DNA of 64,000 nt from Acidimicrobiales bacterium (GCA_035653595.1 DASRBO010000190.1:5167-69166), one strand, 5' to 3'; counted from the first letter of the stretch, positions 1 to 8,925 are shown. The notes: a model not told the origin generated them from the letters alone. Numbers and translations: made by a program.

Positions 1-218
1 CCTTGCCGAGGGTGGAGACCTGACCGAAATGACGGGCGATCCACCCGTCGACCCAGTCGGTCGCCCCCAGCACGGCGAGCAGCGCGGCGGCGGCGAAGCG
101 CTGGTGTCGGGCCAGCACCAGCCACACGAAGACCGGTACGGCGGCCAGGCGGAGTGCCGACAGGGCATTGGGCACCGTCAACACGGCGCCCTCGTCTATC
201 GCCACCACCGCAGTGTAG
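1..218 (-). CDS. CDP-alcohol phosphatidyltransferase (PgsA/cardiolipin-synthase type), N-terminal fragment running off the left edge
   Basis: Not in the ORF track because there is no stop in the window. Reverse-strand translation from GTG 218 (or 215) gives VVAIDEGAVLTVPNALSALRLAAVPVFVWLVLARHQRFAAAALLAVLGATDWVDGWIARHFGQVSTLGK. This is the first part of the D-G-x2-A-R-x8-G CDP-OH transferase signature. GC3 is high. Confidence 0.6.
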
Positions 219-255
219 GGACGCGGGGCCCGTCCCGGCGCCGGGCCGGCCCCGA

Positions 256-1653
256 TCAGGCGCTGCCTCCGACCGGGGTGAGCTGGGCGGCGGTCGGCTC
301 GGCGCAGCAGAACCAGGCCTCGCTGAGGCGGGGCACCGGTCGCACCGGCAGGGGCGAAGGCAACGGGCGAGGTCTCCCGACGCCGGCTTCGGCCGCCGCC
401 GTCGACACCAGGGCATGCAGCTCGGCAAAGGCGGCGCCCGGCTCCGCTTCCCGCTCGGCGACGGCCGCCATGTCCTGCTGCAGGCGGTCGAGCAACGGTT
501 CGGCCGCGCTCCACGGGTAGGCGAGGGCAGCGCCGTCGTAGGGGCCGAGGCGGGGGGCCAGATCCGGGTCGCCCAGGAGCAGCGACCCCTCGGGCACCAG
601 CAGCCGGATGCTGTACTGGACCGGATCTACCGCCCCGATCAGGTCGTTGGCCACCACGAAGTCGAACAGCTCGACCATGTCGGTGACCCGCGTCCAGGGC
701 GTGAACGGCAGCAGGGAGGGTCTCACCTCCACGCCGGCCGAGCGCAGCACGGAGACGGCCTCGACCTCGTCGGCCACGGTGTGGCCCTTGTCCAGCCTGG
801 CCAGCACCTCGTCACTGGTCGACTCGAAGGCCGACACCACGAACAGCAACCCGGCACCCGCCAGCTCAGGCCAGATGTGGCGGTGGCGCAGGATGTGCTC
901 GACCTTGGTGGTGCAGTCGAAGGTGAGCCCCGGATGACGGCGGTGCACCTCGCCTATCACTCTCAGTGAGTGGTGGGGGCCATTGAGGAAGTCCGGATCG
1001 CCGAAGGTGATGTGCCGGGCACCCATCTCCACCAGCTGGTCCACGTCGGCCAGCACCGACTCCTTGGCGACGGTCCTGATGCGCCCGTCGTAGACCACCG
1101 GCACCGGGCAGTGGCGGCAGCGGTGCACGCACCCGTGGCTGGCCTCGACGTAGCCGGCGACGATCTCCTCGTCGCCCCGCAGCAGCCGGGCGTAACGGTC
1201 GAGCCCGGGCAGCAGCCGGCGCTCGGGGCGGGCGAACCTGGTCCGGCCCAGCGCCACCGCGTGCCGGGGCCGGAGGCCTCCTCCACCCGAAGAGACGAGC
1301 GACTCCACCCACTGGACCAGGGCGGGCTCGTACTCCCCGGCGATGGTCCGGTCGAACCACTCCCCCCAGGAGCCGCCGCCCGCCCCGGCGTACAGGCCGT
1401 AGGCGCAGCTGGGCAGGTCGGGGCGGCGCTCCCGCACCCGCCTGACAGCCTCGACGGCCAACCGGGTGGCCGTGTGCATCGGCACCGAGAAGGCCGCCGC
1501 CTGCGCCCAGTCGACCAGGGCGTCGTCGAGGGTCTCCACCGCCAGGTCGCAGGCCCTCACCTGGTGGCCGGCGGCGGCCAGGGCGGCGGCCGGCGAGGCC
1601 ACCTGGAGGGGCTGGTGGCCGAGCTCGTAGGTGGAGACCAGCAGCACCCTCAC
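256..1653 (-). CDS. B12-binding-domain radical SAM protein with CCAEP C-terminal tail (CUAEP/CCAEP-tail rSAM family)
   Basis: 465-aa ORF. It has an N-terminal B12-binding-like segment (MRVLLVSTYELGHQP...) and the radical SAM CxxxCxxC motif (CVHRCRHC). The C-terminus reads ...EAWFCCAEPT..., with the two Cys codons TGC TGC at 304-309 on the minus strand. Confidence 0.9.
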   Translation of the reverse strand: MRVLLVSTYELGHQPLQVASPAAALAAAGHQVRACDLAVETLDDALVDWAQAAAFSVPMHTATRLAVEAVRRVRERRPDLPSCAYGLYAGAGGGSWGEWFDRTIAGEYEPALVQWVESLVSSGGGGLRPRHAVALGRTRFARPERRLLPGLDRYARLLRGDEEIVAGYVEASHGCVHRCRHCPVPVVYDGRIRTVAKESVLADVDQLVEMGARHITFGDPDFLNGPHHSLRVIGEVHRRHPGLTFDCTTKVEHILRHRHIWPELAGAGLLFVVSAFESTSDEVLARLDKGHTVADEVEAVSVLRSAGVEVRPSLLPFTPWTRVTDMVELFDFVVANDLIGAVDPVQYSIRLLVPEGSLLLGDPDLAPRLGPYDGAALAYPWSAAEPLLDRLQQDMAAVAEREAEPGAAFAELHALVSTAAAEAGVGRPRPLPSPLPVRPVPRLSEAWFCCAEPTAAQLTPVGGSA

Positions 1654-1663
1654 CGGCTCGACC

Positions 1664-2899
1664 CTACCGGCCCGGAGCCGCCTCGATGACCACCGCCAGG
1701 GCCTGGTGGGCCCGGCGCAGGGCCTCCTCCACGAAGGCCGGGTCCTGCCCAGAGGCGAAGAGGAAGCCCAGGTAGCGGTCCCCTTCAGGCAGGGCGACGA
1801 CCGGTCGGCCCAACGGGATCGAGATCTCCAGCCCGTCCATCCCGGGCACCGCCCGGGCCTCCTCGACGCCGCCCACCGCCCGCAGGGTCCCGCTCGCCGG
1901 TATGGGCAGCATCATGACCCCCGTCGCCCTCGATGCGGACGAACCGGCCGCTCCGTCGATGGGCCGGCCCAGGGCGTGGGCCAGGATCAGCTCCTCCAGG
2001 CTGGTTCCGGCGCCGAAGCGGAGGATCCTCGAGCAGTGCCCCCCGATGGAGCGGGCCGCCACCTCCACCATCCGGGGCCCGGCCGCGGTGAGGCGCACCT
2101 CGGCGTGGACCGGCCCCTCGGCCAGCCCGATGGCCGCCGCTGCCGCTGCCACGACCCCGACCGCCGCCTCCACCAGGCCCGGCGGATGGCGGGACGGCGT
2201 GACGTAGATGGTCTCCTCGAAGTACGGCCCGTCCAGCGGGTCGGGCTTGTCGAACACGGCCAGGGTGCGCAGGCTCCCCCGGTCGAGCAAGCCCTCCACC
2301 GCCACCTCGGGGCCGTCGAGGAACCGCTCCACCACCAGGGCCGCCCCGACCTGGCCGGCGGCGGCGGCGATGGCCCGGACCCGCTCGGCGACGGCGGCGG
2401 CCCCGCTGACCGAGTCCACCCGGATCACCCCCCGGCTGGCCGACAGCCCGCTGGGTTTGACCACCACAGGCGGCCCCAGGCGGGCCACCGCCGCCTCCGG
2501 GTCCTCGCCGGCCTCCACCACCTCGAAGTCGGGCTGGGGCACCCCGGCCCCGGCCAGGGCCCGCCGCATGGCCGCCTTGTCGCGGGTGATGGCGACCGCC
2601 GCCGGCTCCCCGTGGCGCAGGCCCAGCCGGGCCGCCGCCCGGGCGGCGGCTTCGACGCCCTGGTCGTCCACCCCGACCACGGCGTCCAGAGGCAGGCGCC
2701 GGGCCAGATCGACGATGGCAGCGGCGGCGGCCTCGGGGTCGCACAGGTCGGCCTCCAGCGCCCGGTCCCCCATCGCCTCCGCCATGGCCTGGGCCCCGTC
2801 GGACACCACGACCACCTCGGCGCCAACGGCCCCGGCGGCGGCCACGAAGTCCTCCGCCCGGTAGGTACCGGTGGGCAGGATGAGGGCCACCCGGGGCAC
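1664..2899 (-). CDS. ATP-grasp domain protein (amino-acid/carboxylate ligase-like)
   Basis: ORF 1664-3820 trimmed to GTG 2899 (VPRVALILPTG...; alternative GTG 2890). The upstream ~300 codons are an R/G/H-rich shadow of the opposite-strand nfu-like gene. The remainder shows the ATP-grasp pattern (PVVVKPSGLSASRGV, LVVERFLDGPEVAVEG, EGPVHAEVRL...MVEVAARSIGG). Confidence 0.8.
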   Translation of the reverse strand: MPRVALILPTGTYRAEDFVAAAGAVGAEVVVVSDGAQAMAEAMGDRALEADLCDPEAAAAAIVDLARRLPLDAVVGVDDQGVEAAARAAARLGLRHGEPAAVAITRDKAAMRRALAGAGVPQPDFEVVEAGEDPEAAVARLGPPVVVKPSGLSASRGVIRVDSVSGAAAVAERVRAIAAAAGQVGAALVVERFLDGPEVAVEGLLDRGSLRTLAVFDKPDPLDGPYFEETIYVTPSRHPPGLVEAAVGVVAAAAAAIGLAEGPVHAEVRLTAAGPRMVEVAARSIGGHCSRILRFGAGTSLEELILAHALGRPIDGAAGSSASRATGVMMLPIPASGTLRAVGGVEEARAVPGMDGLEISIPLGRPVVALPEGDRYLGFLFASGQDPAFVEEALRRAHQALAVVIEAAPGR

Positions 2900-2908
2900 G
2901 GACCTATC

Positions 2909-3565
2909 ATGGACCCGCCAATGTCCGCTCCCGAACCCCCCGGCTTCCCCGACGCCCCCGACCGGGTCGTCGCCGTCACCGACCAGGCCCGCCTGACCGT
3001 GCTCGAGCTGAGGGCGGAGGAGTCCGACGCCGAGGCCCTCGCCCTGTGGCTGGAGGTGAACGGGTCCTCCGGCGGCGAGTACACCTACGACCTTTACTTC
3101 GAGGCGGCGGGCGACGCCCGTCCCGGCGACGTGGTGGCCGACTACGACGGGCTGGAGCTGGTGGTGCCGGCCGCCAGCGTGGACGCCCTCCGCGGGGCGA
3201 TCCTCGACGTGCGCGATGGGGGCATGGTGCTGGTGAACCCCAACCGGCCCCGCACCGGGCCCTCGGTCATGCACGAGGCCGATCTCTCCAGCGAGGTGGC
3301 CCAGGCGGTCATCCGGGTCCTCGACGAGCAGGTCAACCCGAGCATCGCCGCCCACGGCGGCATGGCCCAGCTGGTGGCGGTGGAGGAAGGGGTGGCGTAC
3401 CTGCGCCTGGGAGGCGGCTGCGTCGGCTGCGGGCTGGCCACCGTCACCCTGTCCCAGGGCATCGAGGTGGCCATCCGCGATGCGGTGCCGGCGATCACCT
3501 CGGTCGTCGACGTGACCGACCACGCCTCGGGCACCAACCCGTACTACGAGCCGTCCAAGAAGTAG
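2909..3565 (+). CDS. NfuA-like Fe-S cluster carrier (degenerate A-type N-domain + Nfu/NifU C-domain)
   Basis: ATG 2909 lies inside ORF 1631-3565 (alternative ATG 2921). The C-terminal part reads ...VNPSIAAHGGMAQLVAVEEGVAYLRLGGGCVGCG..., which is the Nfu CxxC motif. The N-domain has no Cys, as in NfuA. Confidence 0.85.
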   Translation: MDPPMSAPEPPGFPDAPDRVVAVTDQARLTVLELRAEESDAEALALWLEVNGSSGGEYTYDLYFEAAGDARPGDVVADYDGLELVVPAASVDALRGAILDVRDGGMVLVNPNRPRTGPSVMHEADLSSEVAQAVIRVLDEQVNPSIAAHGGMAQLVAVEEGVAYLRLGGGCVGCGLATVTLSQGIEVAIRDAVPAITSVVDVTDHASGTNPYYEPSKK

Positions 3566-3574
3566 CCGGCACGC

Positions 3575-4408
3575 ATGACGATCCGGGGGGTCCTCTTCGA
3601 CCACGTCGCCGTGGCGGCCGAGGACCAGCACCAGCTCTGGCCCCGCTACGTCGGCGACCTGGGCGGGCGCTGGATCGGGGGCGGCGGAACCGTCGGGTTC
3701 TTCTCCGCCCAGGTCTCCTATGCCAACGCGATGCGTCTCGAGGTGCTGGAGCCCTACCAGGTGGAGCGCAACGACTTCCTCCGGCGCTTCCTCGACCGCA
3801 ACGGCCCCGGTCCGCACCACCTGACCTTCAAGGTCCCCGACCTCGGCGCCGCCCTCGAGGAGGCCGACGGCGCCGGTTACTCACCCGTCGGCGTGGACAT
3901 GAGCGACCCCGGCTGGCAGGAGGCCTTCCTCCACCCCAAGGACGCCCCGGGCATAGTGGTCCAGCTGGCCCGGTCCAGCCACGAGGGCCAGTGGAGCTCG
4001 CCGCCGCCGGCCGAGGTCGCCACCCTCCCTACCGGCCCGAGCGCCGCTCTGATCCATGTCGCCCATGCCCTGTGCCGTCCGGCTGACGGGACCCGGCTCT
4101 TCGCCGGGCTGCTGGGAGGCGAGCAGGTGGCCGCCGGGGCCGGCTGGCTCGATCTCGACTGGCCGGGGGGCAACCGGGTGAGGCTGCTCGACGCCTCCGG
4201 CTCCGGGCCCCTGGCCGACTGGGTCGGCAGCCGGCCCGGCCGCCTTCACCACCTGGGGTTCCTGTGCGAGGAGCCAGGGACCATCGCCGGGGCCAAGCCC
4301 ACCGCGGATGACGGCCTGTGGACGGTGGAGCCGGAGGAGAACCTGGGGGTGCGACTGCTGCTCACCTCCGACCCGGACCTGTTCCAACAGGGCCGCCTCG
4401 GCTACTAG
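3575..4408 (+). CDS. VOC (glyoxalase/bleomycin-resistance/dioxygenase) family protein, two-domain
   Basis: 277-aa ORF. FDHVAVAA...LEVLEP...GPGPHHLTFKV and a second ...LHHLGFLC... module are typical paired beta-alpha-beta-beta-beta VOC repeats. Confidence 0.8.
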   Translation: MTIRGVLFDHVAVAAEDQHQLWPRYVGDLGGRWIGGGGTVGFFSAQVSYANAMRLEVLEPYQVERNDFLRRFLDRNGPGPHHLTFKVPDLGAALEEADGAGYSPVGVDMSDPGWQEAFLHPKDAPGIVVQLARSSHEGQWSSPPPAEVATLPTGPSAALIHVAHALCRPADGTRLFAGLLGGEQVAAGAGWLDLDWPGGNRVRLLDASGSGPLADWVGSRPGRLHHLGFLCEEPGTIAGAKPTADDGLWTVEPEENLGVRLLLTSDPDLFQQGRLGY

Positions 4409-4424
4409 AGGGGATTCCGCCGCC

Positions 4425-6035
4425 ATGGCCGAGCGCCGCTCGTGGTGGGGCTGGGGGCTGGAGGGCCAGGGTCCGTCCCGCCCGCAGCAGGAGGCCATCG
4501 CCACCGGGCTGGCGGCCCGCTTCGGGCGGGAGGTGACCGTCGCCGATCCGGCCCGCCTGGAGGATCTGGAGCTTCCCCCGCCCCGGATCCAAGCACCGGA
4601 GAGCCTGGCGCCGCTGTGCTCGACCGGCACCTACGAACGGGCCGGCCACAGCTACGGCCGGTCCTACCGCGACGTGGTGCGGGGTTTCCGGGGCCAGTTC
4701 GACCACCCCCCCGACGTGGTGGCCTTCCCCGCCGACGAGGCCGAGCTGGCGTCCCTTCTGGAGTGGGCCAGCGATGCTGACGTGGCCGTCGTCCCCTACG
4801 GGGGCGGTTCGTCGGTGGTGGGCGGGGTCGAATGCCCGGCCGACGGCCACGCCGGGGTGCTCACCGTCGATCTGGGCCGCATGGACGGGCTGGTCGAGCT
4901 GGACCGCACCTCGAGGGCGGCCCGGATCCAGGCCGGCATCCTCGGTCCCGCCCTCGAGGACCGGCTGCGCCCCCACGGCCTCACCCTGCGCCACTTCCCC
5001 CAGTCCTTCGAGTTCTCCAGCCTGGGCGGCTGGCTGGCCACCCGCTCCGGCGGTCACTACGCCACCGCCCGGACCCACATCGACGACTTCGTGGAGTCCA
5101 TGCGGGTGCTCACCCCGGCCGGAGCGGTCGAGTCCCGCCGGCTGCCTGGCTCAGGGGCCGGGCCCTCACCCGACCGGCTCTTCCTCGGGTCGGAGGGCAT
5201 CCTGGGGGTGATCACCGAGGCGTGGATCCGACTGCAGGACCGCCCCCGGTTCCGCTCCTCGGCGGCGGTCCGCTTCGAGCGCTACAGCGACGCCGTGGCC
5301 GCCACCCGGGCCGTGGTCCAGGCCGGCCTCCAGCCGGCCAACTGCCGGCTGCTGGACGAGGCGGAGGCGGCCTCCTCGGCCGGCTCCGGCGGTGGGGTGA
5401 ACCTGCTGGTGCTGGGATTCGAGTCGGCCGACCATCCCGTCGGCGGCCCCATGGACCGGGCCCTCGAGATCTGCGCCGGGCATTCCGGCTCGGCACCCGA
5501 CGGGGTGCGCAGCAGCGGCCCCGAGGATGGGGGTGGCGCCCAGCGGGAAGGCTCGGTGGGCGCCTGGCGCAATGCCTTCATCCGGGCCCCCTACACCCGC
5601 GACGCCCTAGTGGCCATGGCGGTCATCGTGGAGACGTTCGAGACCGCCTGCACCTGGGACCGCTTCGCCGACCTGCACGCCGGGGTGACCCAGGCGGTGG
5701 AGAAGGCCCTGGTCGACATCTGCGGGGGCGGGCTGGTGACCTGCCGGTTCACCCACGTCTATCCCGACGGGCCCGCCCCCTACTTCAGCGTCCTCGCCCC
5801 GGGCCGTCGGGGCTCGGAGATCTCCCAGTGGGACGAGATCAAGGCGGCCGCCTCCGAGGCGGTCATGAGCAACGGTGGGACCATCACCCATCACCACGCC
5901 GTGGGCCGCGACCACCGCCCCTGGTACGACCACCAGCGCCCCGAGCTCTTCGCCGAGGCCCTGCGGGCGGCCAAGGCGGCTCTCGACCCGGCCGGGGTGA
6001 TGAACCCCGGCGTCCTGGTGGAACCCCGTGGCTGA
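4425..6035 (+). CDS. FAD-linked oxidase, alkyl-dihydroxyacetonephosphate synthase (AgpS)-like
   Basis: ATG 4425 is preceded by GAGGGGA. The N-terminus reads RSWWGWGLEG, followed by an FAD-binding PCMH segment (VVPYGGGSSVVGG). The C-terminus reads ...TITHHHAVGRDHRPWY...LDPAGVMNPGVLV, as in AGPS/mycobacterial AgpS-type proteins. Confidence 0.85.
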   Translation: MAERRSWWGWGLEGQGPSRPQQEAIATGLAARFGREVTVADPARLEDLELPPPRIQAPESLAPLCSTGTYERAGHSYGRSYRDVVRGFRGQFDHPPDVVAFPADEAELASLLEWASDADVAVVPYGGGSSVVGGVECPADGHAGVLTVDLGRMDGLVELDRTSRAARIQAGILGPALEDRLRPHGLTLRHFPQSFEFSSLGGWLATRSGGHYATARTHIDDFVESMRVLTPAGAVESRRLPGSGAGPSPDRLFLGSEGILGVITEAWIRLQDRPRFRSSAAVRFERYSDAVAATRAVVQAGLQPANCRLLDEAEAASSAGSGGGVNLLVLGFESADHPVGGPMDRALEICAGHSGSAPDGVRSSGPEDGGGAQREGSVGAWRNAFIRAPYTRDALVAMAVIVETFETACTWDRFADLHAGVTQAVEKALVDICGGGLVTCRFTHVYPDGPAPYFSVLAPGRRGSEISQWDEIKAAASEAVMSNGGTITHHHAVGRDHRPWYDHQRPELFAEALRAAKAALDPAGVMNPGVLVEPRG

Positions 6036-6543
6036 CCGGCCGACGCCGCCCCCGCTGACCAAGTGGCTGGAGCCGCTGGAGCAGAGGCTCACCTACGCCG
6101 CCGCCGTGTACACCGCCCTGGCCACCCTGGTGGTGACGGTCCCCTACCTGAGCGGCAGCCACCCCAAGCTCAAGGGGTCCCCCGCCTTGGCCCTCGGCAT
6201 CGGGCTGGGGTCCGCCGCGGTCGTGCTGGTCGGGGCCCGCCTGCGCCACCGGTTGGGAGCGGCGCTGGCCGCCGGCCTGGCCGGGGTCGCCCCCTGGGGG
6301 GGGATCCTGAGCGTGCCGGTGCTCGGGCTGTCGTTCTGGCTGCTTTTCCGCAACAGCCGCCGCATGCGGGAGGAGCGGGGGCTGGCCCCCGCCCCGGCCC
6401 GGGGGGAGCGGCCGGCGGGCTTCCGGCGGCGGCGCCCCACGGCCGAGGCCGACGACGGCAAGCGCCGTCCGCCGGCCTCCAAGCGCTACACGCCCCCCAA
6501 GGCCCCCGACAAGGGAGGCCGGGGCGGCCGTCGCCGTGGCTGA
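6028..6543 (+). CDS. Hypothetical membrane protein with basic C-terminal tail
   Basis: The GTG start overlaps the upstream stop (GTGGCTGA, 6028-6035). There are three or four hydrophobic helices followed by an R/K/P-rich tail. No recognisable family. Confidence 0.55.
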   Translation: MADRPTPPPLTKWLEPLEQRLTYAAAVYTALATLVVTVPYLSGSHPKLKGSPALALGIGLGSAAVVLVGARLRHRLGAALAAGLAGVAPWGGILSVPVLGLSFWLLFRNSRRMREERGLAPAPARGERPAGFRRRRPTAEADDGKRRPPASKRYTPPKAPDKGGRGGRRRG

Positions 6544-6575
6544 CCGGCAGGGCGGGCGTTTGCTAGTGATTAGCC

Positions 6576-8897
6576 GTGATTAGTGAGGCCCTCGAGGGCC
6601 GGCGCATCGCCGTCACCGGCGCCACCGGCTTCCTCGGCACCGCCCTGGTGGAGCGGCTGCTGCGCTGCGTCCCCGGTGCCGAGGTGGCCGTGCTCGTCCG
6701 GCCCGGCCGGCGGGGGGCGGCCGAACGGGCCCGGCGGGAGATCCTGCGCAACGACTGCTTCGACCGCCTCCGCTCCGAGCTGGGCGACCGCTTCGACGCC
6801 GAGGTCTCCCGTCGCCTGCTGGTGATGGCCGGCGACGTGGGCGAGGACGGGCTGGGCCTCGACGACGCGGGACGGGAGATCCTCGCCGGCTGCCACACGG
6901 TGGTGCACTCGGCCGCCACGGTCAGCTTCGACTCCCCCCTCGACTCGGCGGTGGAGACCAACCTGCTGGGGCCGTCGCGGGTGGCCGTCGCCATGGCCGA
7001 GGCCCGCGTTGATCCCGCCCACCTGGTGGCGGTGTCCACCGCCTACGTCGCCGGCGGAAGGCGGGGCGACGCCCGCGAGCTGCCGCTCAGCCAGACCCCC
7101 TTCGCCGTCGACGTGCCCTGGCGGGACGAGGTCACCGCCGCCCGCCGCGTGCGGGCGGATGTGGAGGCAGCCAGCCGGGCCGCCTCCGCCCTGGCCCGGT
7201 TCCACAAGCAGGCCCGGGCCGAGCTGGGCGCCGCCGGCACCCCGCTGTTGTCCGAGCGGGCCGAGCGCTTCCGCCAGGAGTGGGTCAACGACCAGCTGGC
7301 CGAGGCGGGACGGGCCCGGGCCCAGTCGCTCGGTTGGCCCGACGCCTACGCCTACACCAAGGCCCTGGGCGAGCGGGCCCTGCTGGAGACCAGGGGCGCG
7401 GTGCCGGTGACCATCGTGCGGCCCTCGATCATCGAGTCCGCCCTGGCCGAGCCCCGCCCGGGCTGGATACGCGGGTTCCGGATGGCCGAGCCGGTGATCA
7501 TCTCCTACGCCCGCGGCCTGCTGCAGTCCTTCCCCGGCGTGCCCGAGGGGGTCGTCGACGTGGTTCCCGTCGACCTGGTGGTGGCCGCCATCATCGCCGT
7601 GGCCGCCACCGGCCCCGACCCGTCGGGCTCGTCGGTGTACCAGGTGGCCTCGGGCTCGGCCAACCCCCTGCGCTACCGCAACCTGGTCGACCTGGTGCAG
7701 TCGTACTTCACCGACAGCCCCCTCTACGACGCCGAGGGCCAGCCCATCGTGGTGCCGCAGTGGTCCTTCCCCGGCCGGGGCCGGGTCCAGCGCCAGCTGG
7801 AGCGGGCCGACCGGGCCCTGTCCACCGCCGAGAAGACCGTGCGCTCGCTGCCCGTCCGAGGCCGCCAGGCCCGCTGGAGCGCCGAGGTCGAGGAGCGCCG
7901 GGTCCAGGTCGGCCGGGCCCTCGACTACGTCCGCCTGTACGGGGCCTACACCGAAACCGAGGCCCGCTTCCGGGTCGACCGGCTCCTCGAGCTGTGGCAG
8001 GCCCTGCCCGAGTCCGACCGGGCCTTCTGCTTCGACCCCCGGGTCATCGACTGGCGCCGCTACGTCCAGGAGATCCACCTGCCCTCGGTCGTGACCCACG
8101 CCCGGGTGCGGGCCACCCCCGGCCGGCGCACCGGGCCCGACCGCCACGAGCGGGGCCGGCGGGCGATCCTCAGCCCCGAGCGCCACCTGGCCGCCTTCGA
8201 CCTCGAGAACACCCTGGTGGCCTCCAACGTGGTCGAGTCCTACGCCTGGCTGGCGACCAGGCACCTGGCCGACTCCGACCGCGTCCGCTTCACCCTGCGG
8301 ACCCTGCGGGAGGCCCCGTCGCTGCTGGCCCTCGACCGGCGGGACCGGGGCGACTTCCTGCGCCACTTCTACCGCCGTTACGAGGGGGCCGACCCCGACC
8401 GGCTGCGGGAGGACGCCCCCGAGCTGTTCGCCCGGCTGCTGCTGGCCAAGTCCTTCCCCGCCGGCATCCGCCGGGTGCGGGAGCACCGCGCCCTCGGGCA
8501 CCGCACCTTGCTCATCACCGGGGCCCTCGACATCGTGGTGGAGCCGTTCCGGGCCCTCTTCGACGACATCGTCTGTGCCCGCCTGTCGGTGCGGGACGGC
8601 CGGCTCACCGGTGAGCTGGACCAGTCCCCGCCCACCGGGGAGGCCAGGGCCATGGTGATGGCCGACTACGCCGAGGCCGAGGGTCTCGACCTGGCCCAGT
8701 CGGTCGCCTACGCCGACTCGGCCAGCGACCTGCCGATGCTCGAGGCCGTCGGCCATCCGGTGGCGGTGAACCCGGAGGTAAAGCTGGCCACCATCGCCCG
8801 CAAGCGGGGCTGGCACACCGAGCAGTGGGACAAGGCTGCCGGCTACTCCGCCCCCCTCCTTCCCATCGCTCCCCGGCTGGCGGCCCGGTGGCGCTGA
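6576..8897 (+). CDS. Fatty acyl-CoA reductase (NAD_binding_4 / male-sterility type SDR) fused to a C-terminal HAD-IB-like domain
   Basis: 773 aa. The N-terminal part has IAVTGATGFLGTALVERLL, SAATVSF, YAYTKALGE and VTIVRPSII, the FAR hallmarks. The C-terminal part has LAAFDLENTLV ... LLITGALD ... YADSASDLPMLEAVGHPVAVNP, the HAD-IB motifs. Confidence 0.9.
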   Translation: MISEALEGRRIAVTGATGFLGTALVERLLRCVPGAEVAVLVRPGRRGAAERARREILRNDCFDRLRSELGDRFDAEVSRRLLVMAGDVGEDGLGLDDAGREILAGCHTVVHSAATVSFDSPLDSAVETNLLGPSRVAVAMAEARVDPAHLVAVSTAYVAGGRRGDARELPLSQTPFAVDVPWRDEVTAARRVRADVEAASRAASALARFHKQARAELGAAGTPLLSERAERFRQEWVNDQLAEAGRARAQSLGWPDAYAYTKALGERALLETRGAVPVTIVRPSIIESALAEPRPGWIRGFRMAEPVIISYARGLLQSFPGVPEGVVDVVPVDLVVAAIIAVAATGPDPSGSSVYQVASGSANPLRYRNLVDLVQSYFTDSPLYDAEGQPIVVPQWSFPGRGRVQRQLERADRALSTAEKTVRSLPVRGRQARWSAEVEERRVQVGRALDYVRLYGAYTETEARFRVDRLLELWQALPESDRAFCFDPRVIDWRRYVQEIHLPSVVTHARVRATPGRRTGPDRHERGRRAILSPERHLAAFDLENTLVASNVVESYAWLATRHLADSDRVRFTLRTLREAPSLLALDRRDRGDFLRHFYRRYEGADPDRLREDAPELFARLLLAKSFPAGIRRVREHRALGHRTLLITGALDIVVEPFRALFDDIVCARLSVRDGRLTGELDQSPPTGEARAMVMADYAEAEGLDLAQSVAYADSASDLPMLEAVGHPVAVNPEVKLATIARKRGWHTEQWDKAAGYSAPLLPIAPRLAARWR

Positions 8898-8925
8898 CGG
8901 CGGGCCCCCGAGGGGAAGCGGCCCG

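Noticed and set aside
304-309. Selenocysteine recoding in the CUAEP/CCAEP tail
   Set aside because: Both codons are TGC on the minus strand. There is no in-frame TGA, so this is the Cys (CCAEP) form and no SECIS element is needed.
256-1653. Radical SAM protein as the anaerobic sulfatase-maturating enzyme for the sulfatase at 52442-54199
   Set aside because: It has a B12-binding-type N-domain and a CCAEP tail but no SPASM-type C-terminal Cys clusters, and it lies ~50 kb away in a lipid context.
256-2899. ATP-grasp + radical SAM as a RiPP biosynthetic pair
   Set aside because: The intergenic gaps are 10-40 nt and I found no small precursor-like ORF. The next downstream gene is a phospholipid head-group transferase.
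1631-2908. N-terminal extensions of track ORFs. Examples: 1631-2908 of the Nfu ORF, 2900-3820 of the ATP-grasp ORF, 9387-10130, 10964-11716, 35031-35798, 50333-50593, 52438-52923, 25653-26030, 63764-63997
   Set aside because: The extensions overlap neighbouring real genes and are P/R/G-rich. Plausible internal starts coincide with ATGA/GTGA stop-start overlaps, SD sequences or the beginning of recognisable domains.
2900-2908. Head-to-head ATP-grasp and nfu-like genes only 9 bp apart, implying leaderless divergent transcripts
   Set aside because: The inference depends entirely on my start-codon choices (GTG 2899 versus 2890; ATG 2909 versus 2921). It is not solid enough to report as a finding.
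6570-8816. 748-aa ORF antisense to the acyl-CoA reductase gene
   Set aside because: Its composition is dominated by G/P/R/H/D/V and it has no recognisable motifs. It exactly shadows a gene with clear FAR/HAD motifs. This is a typical high-GC antisense open frame.
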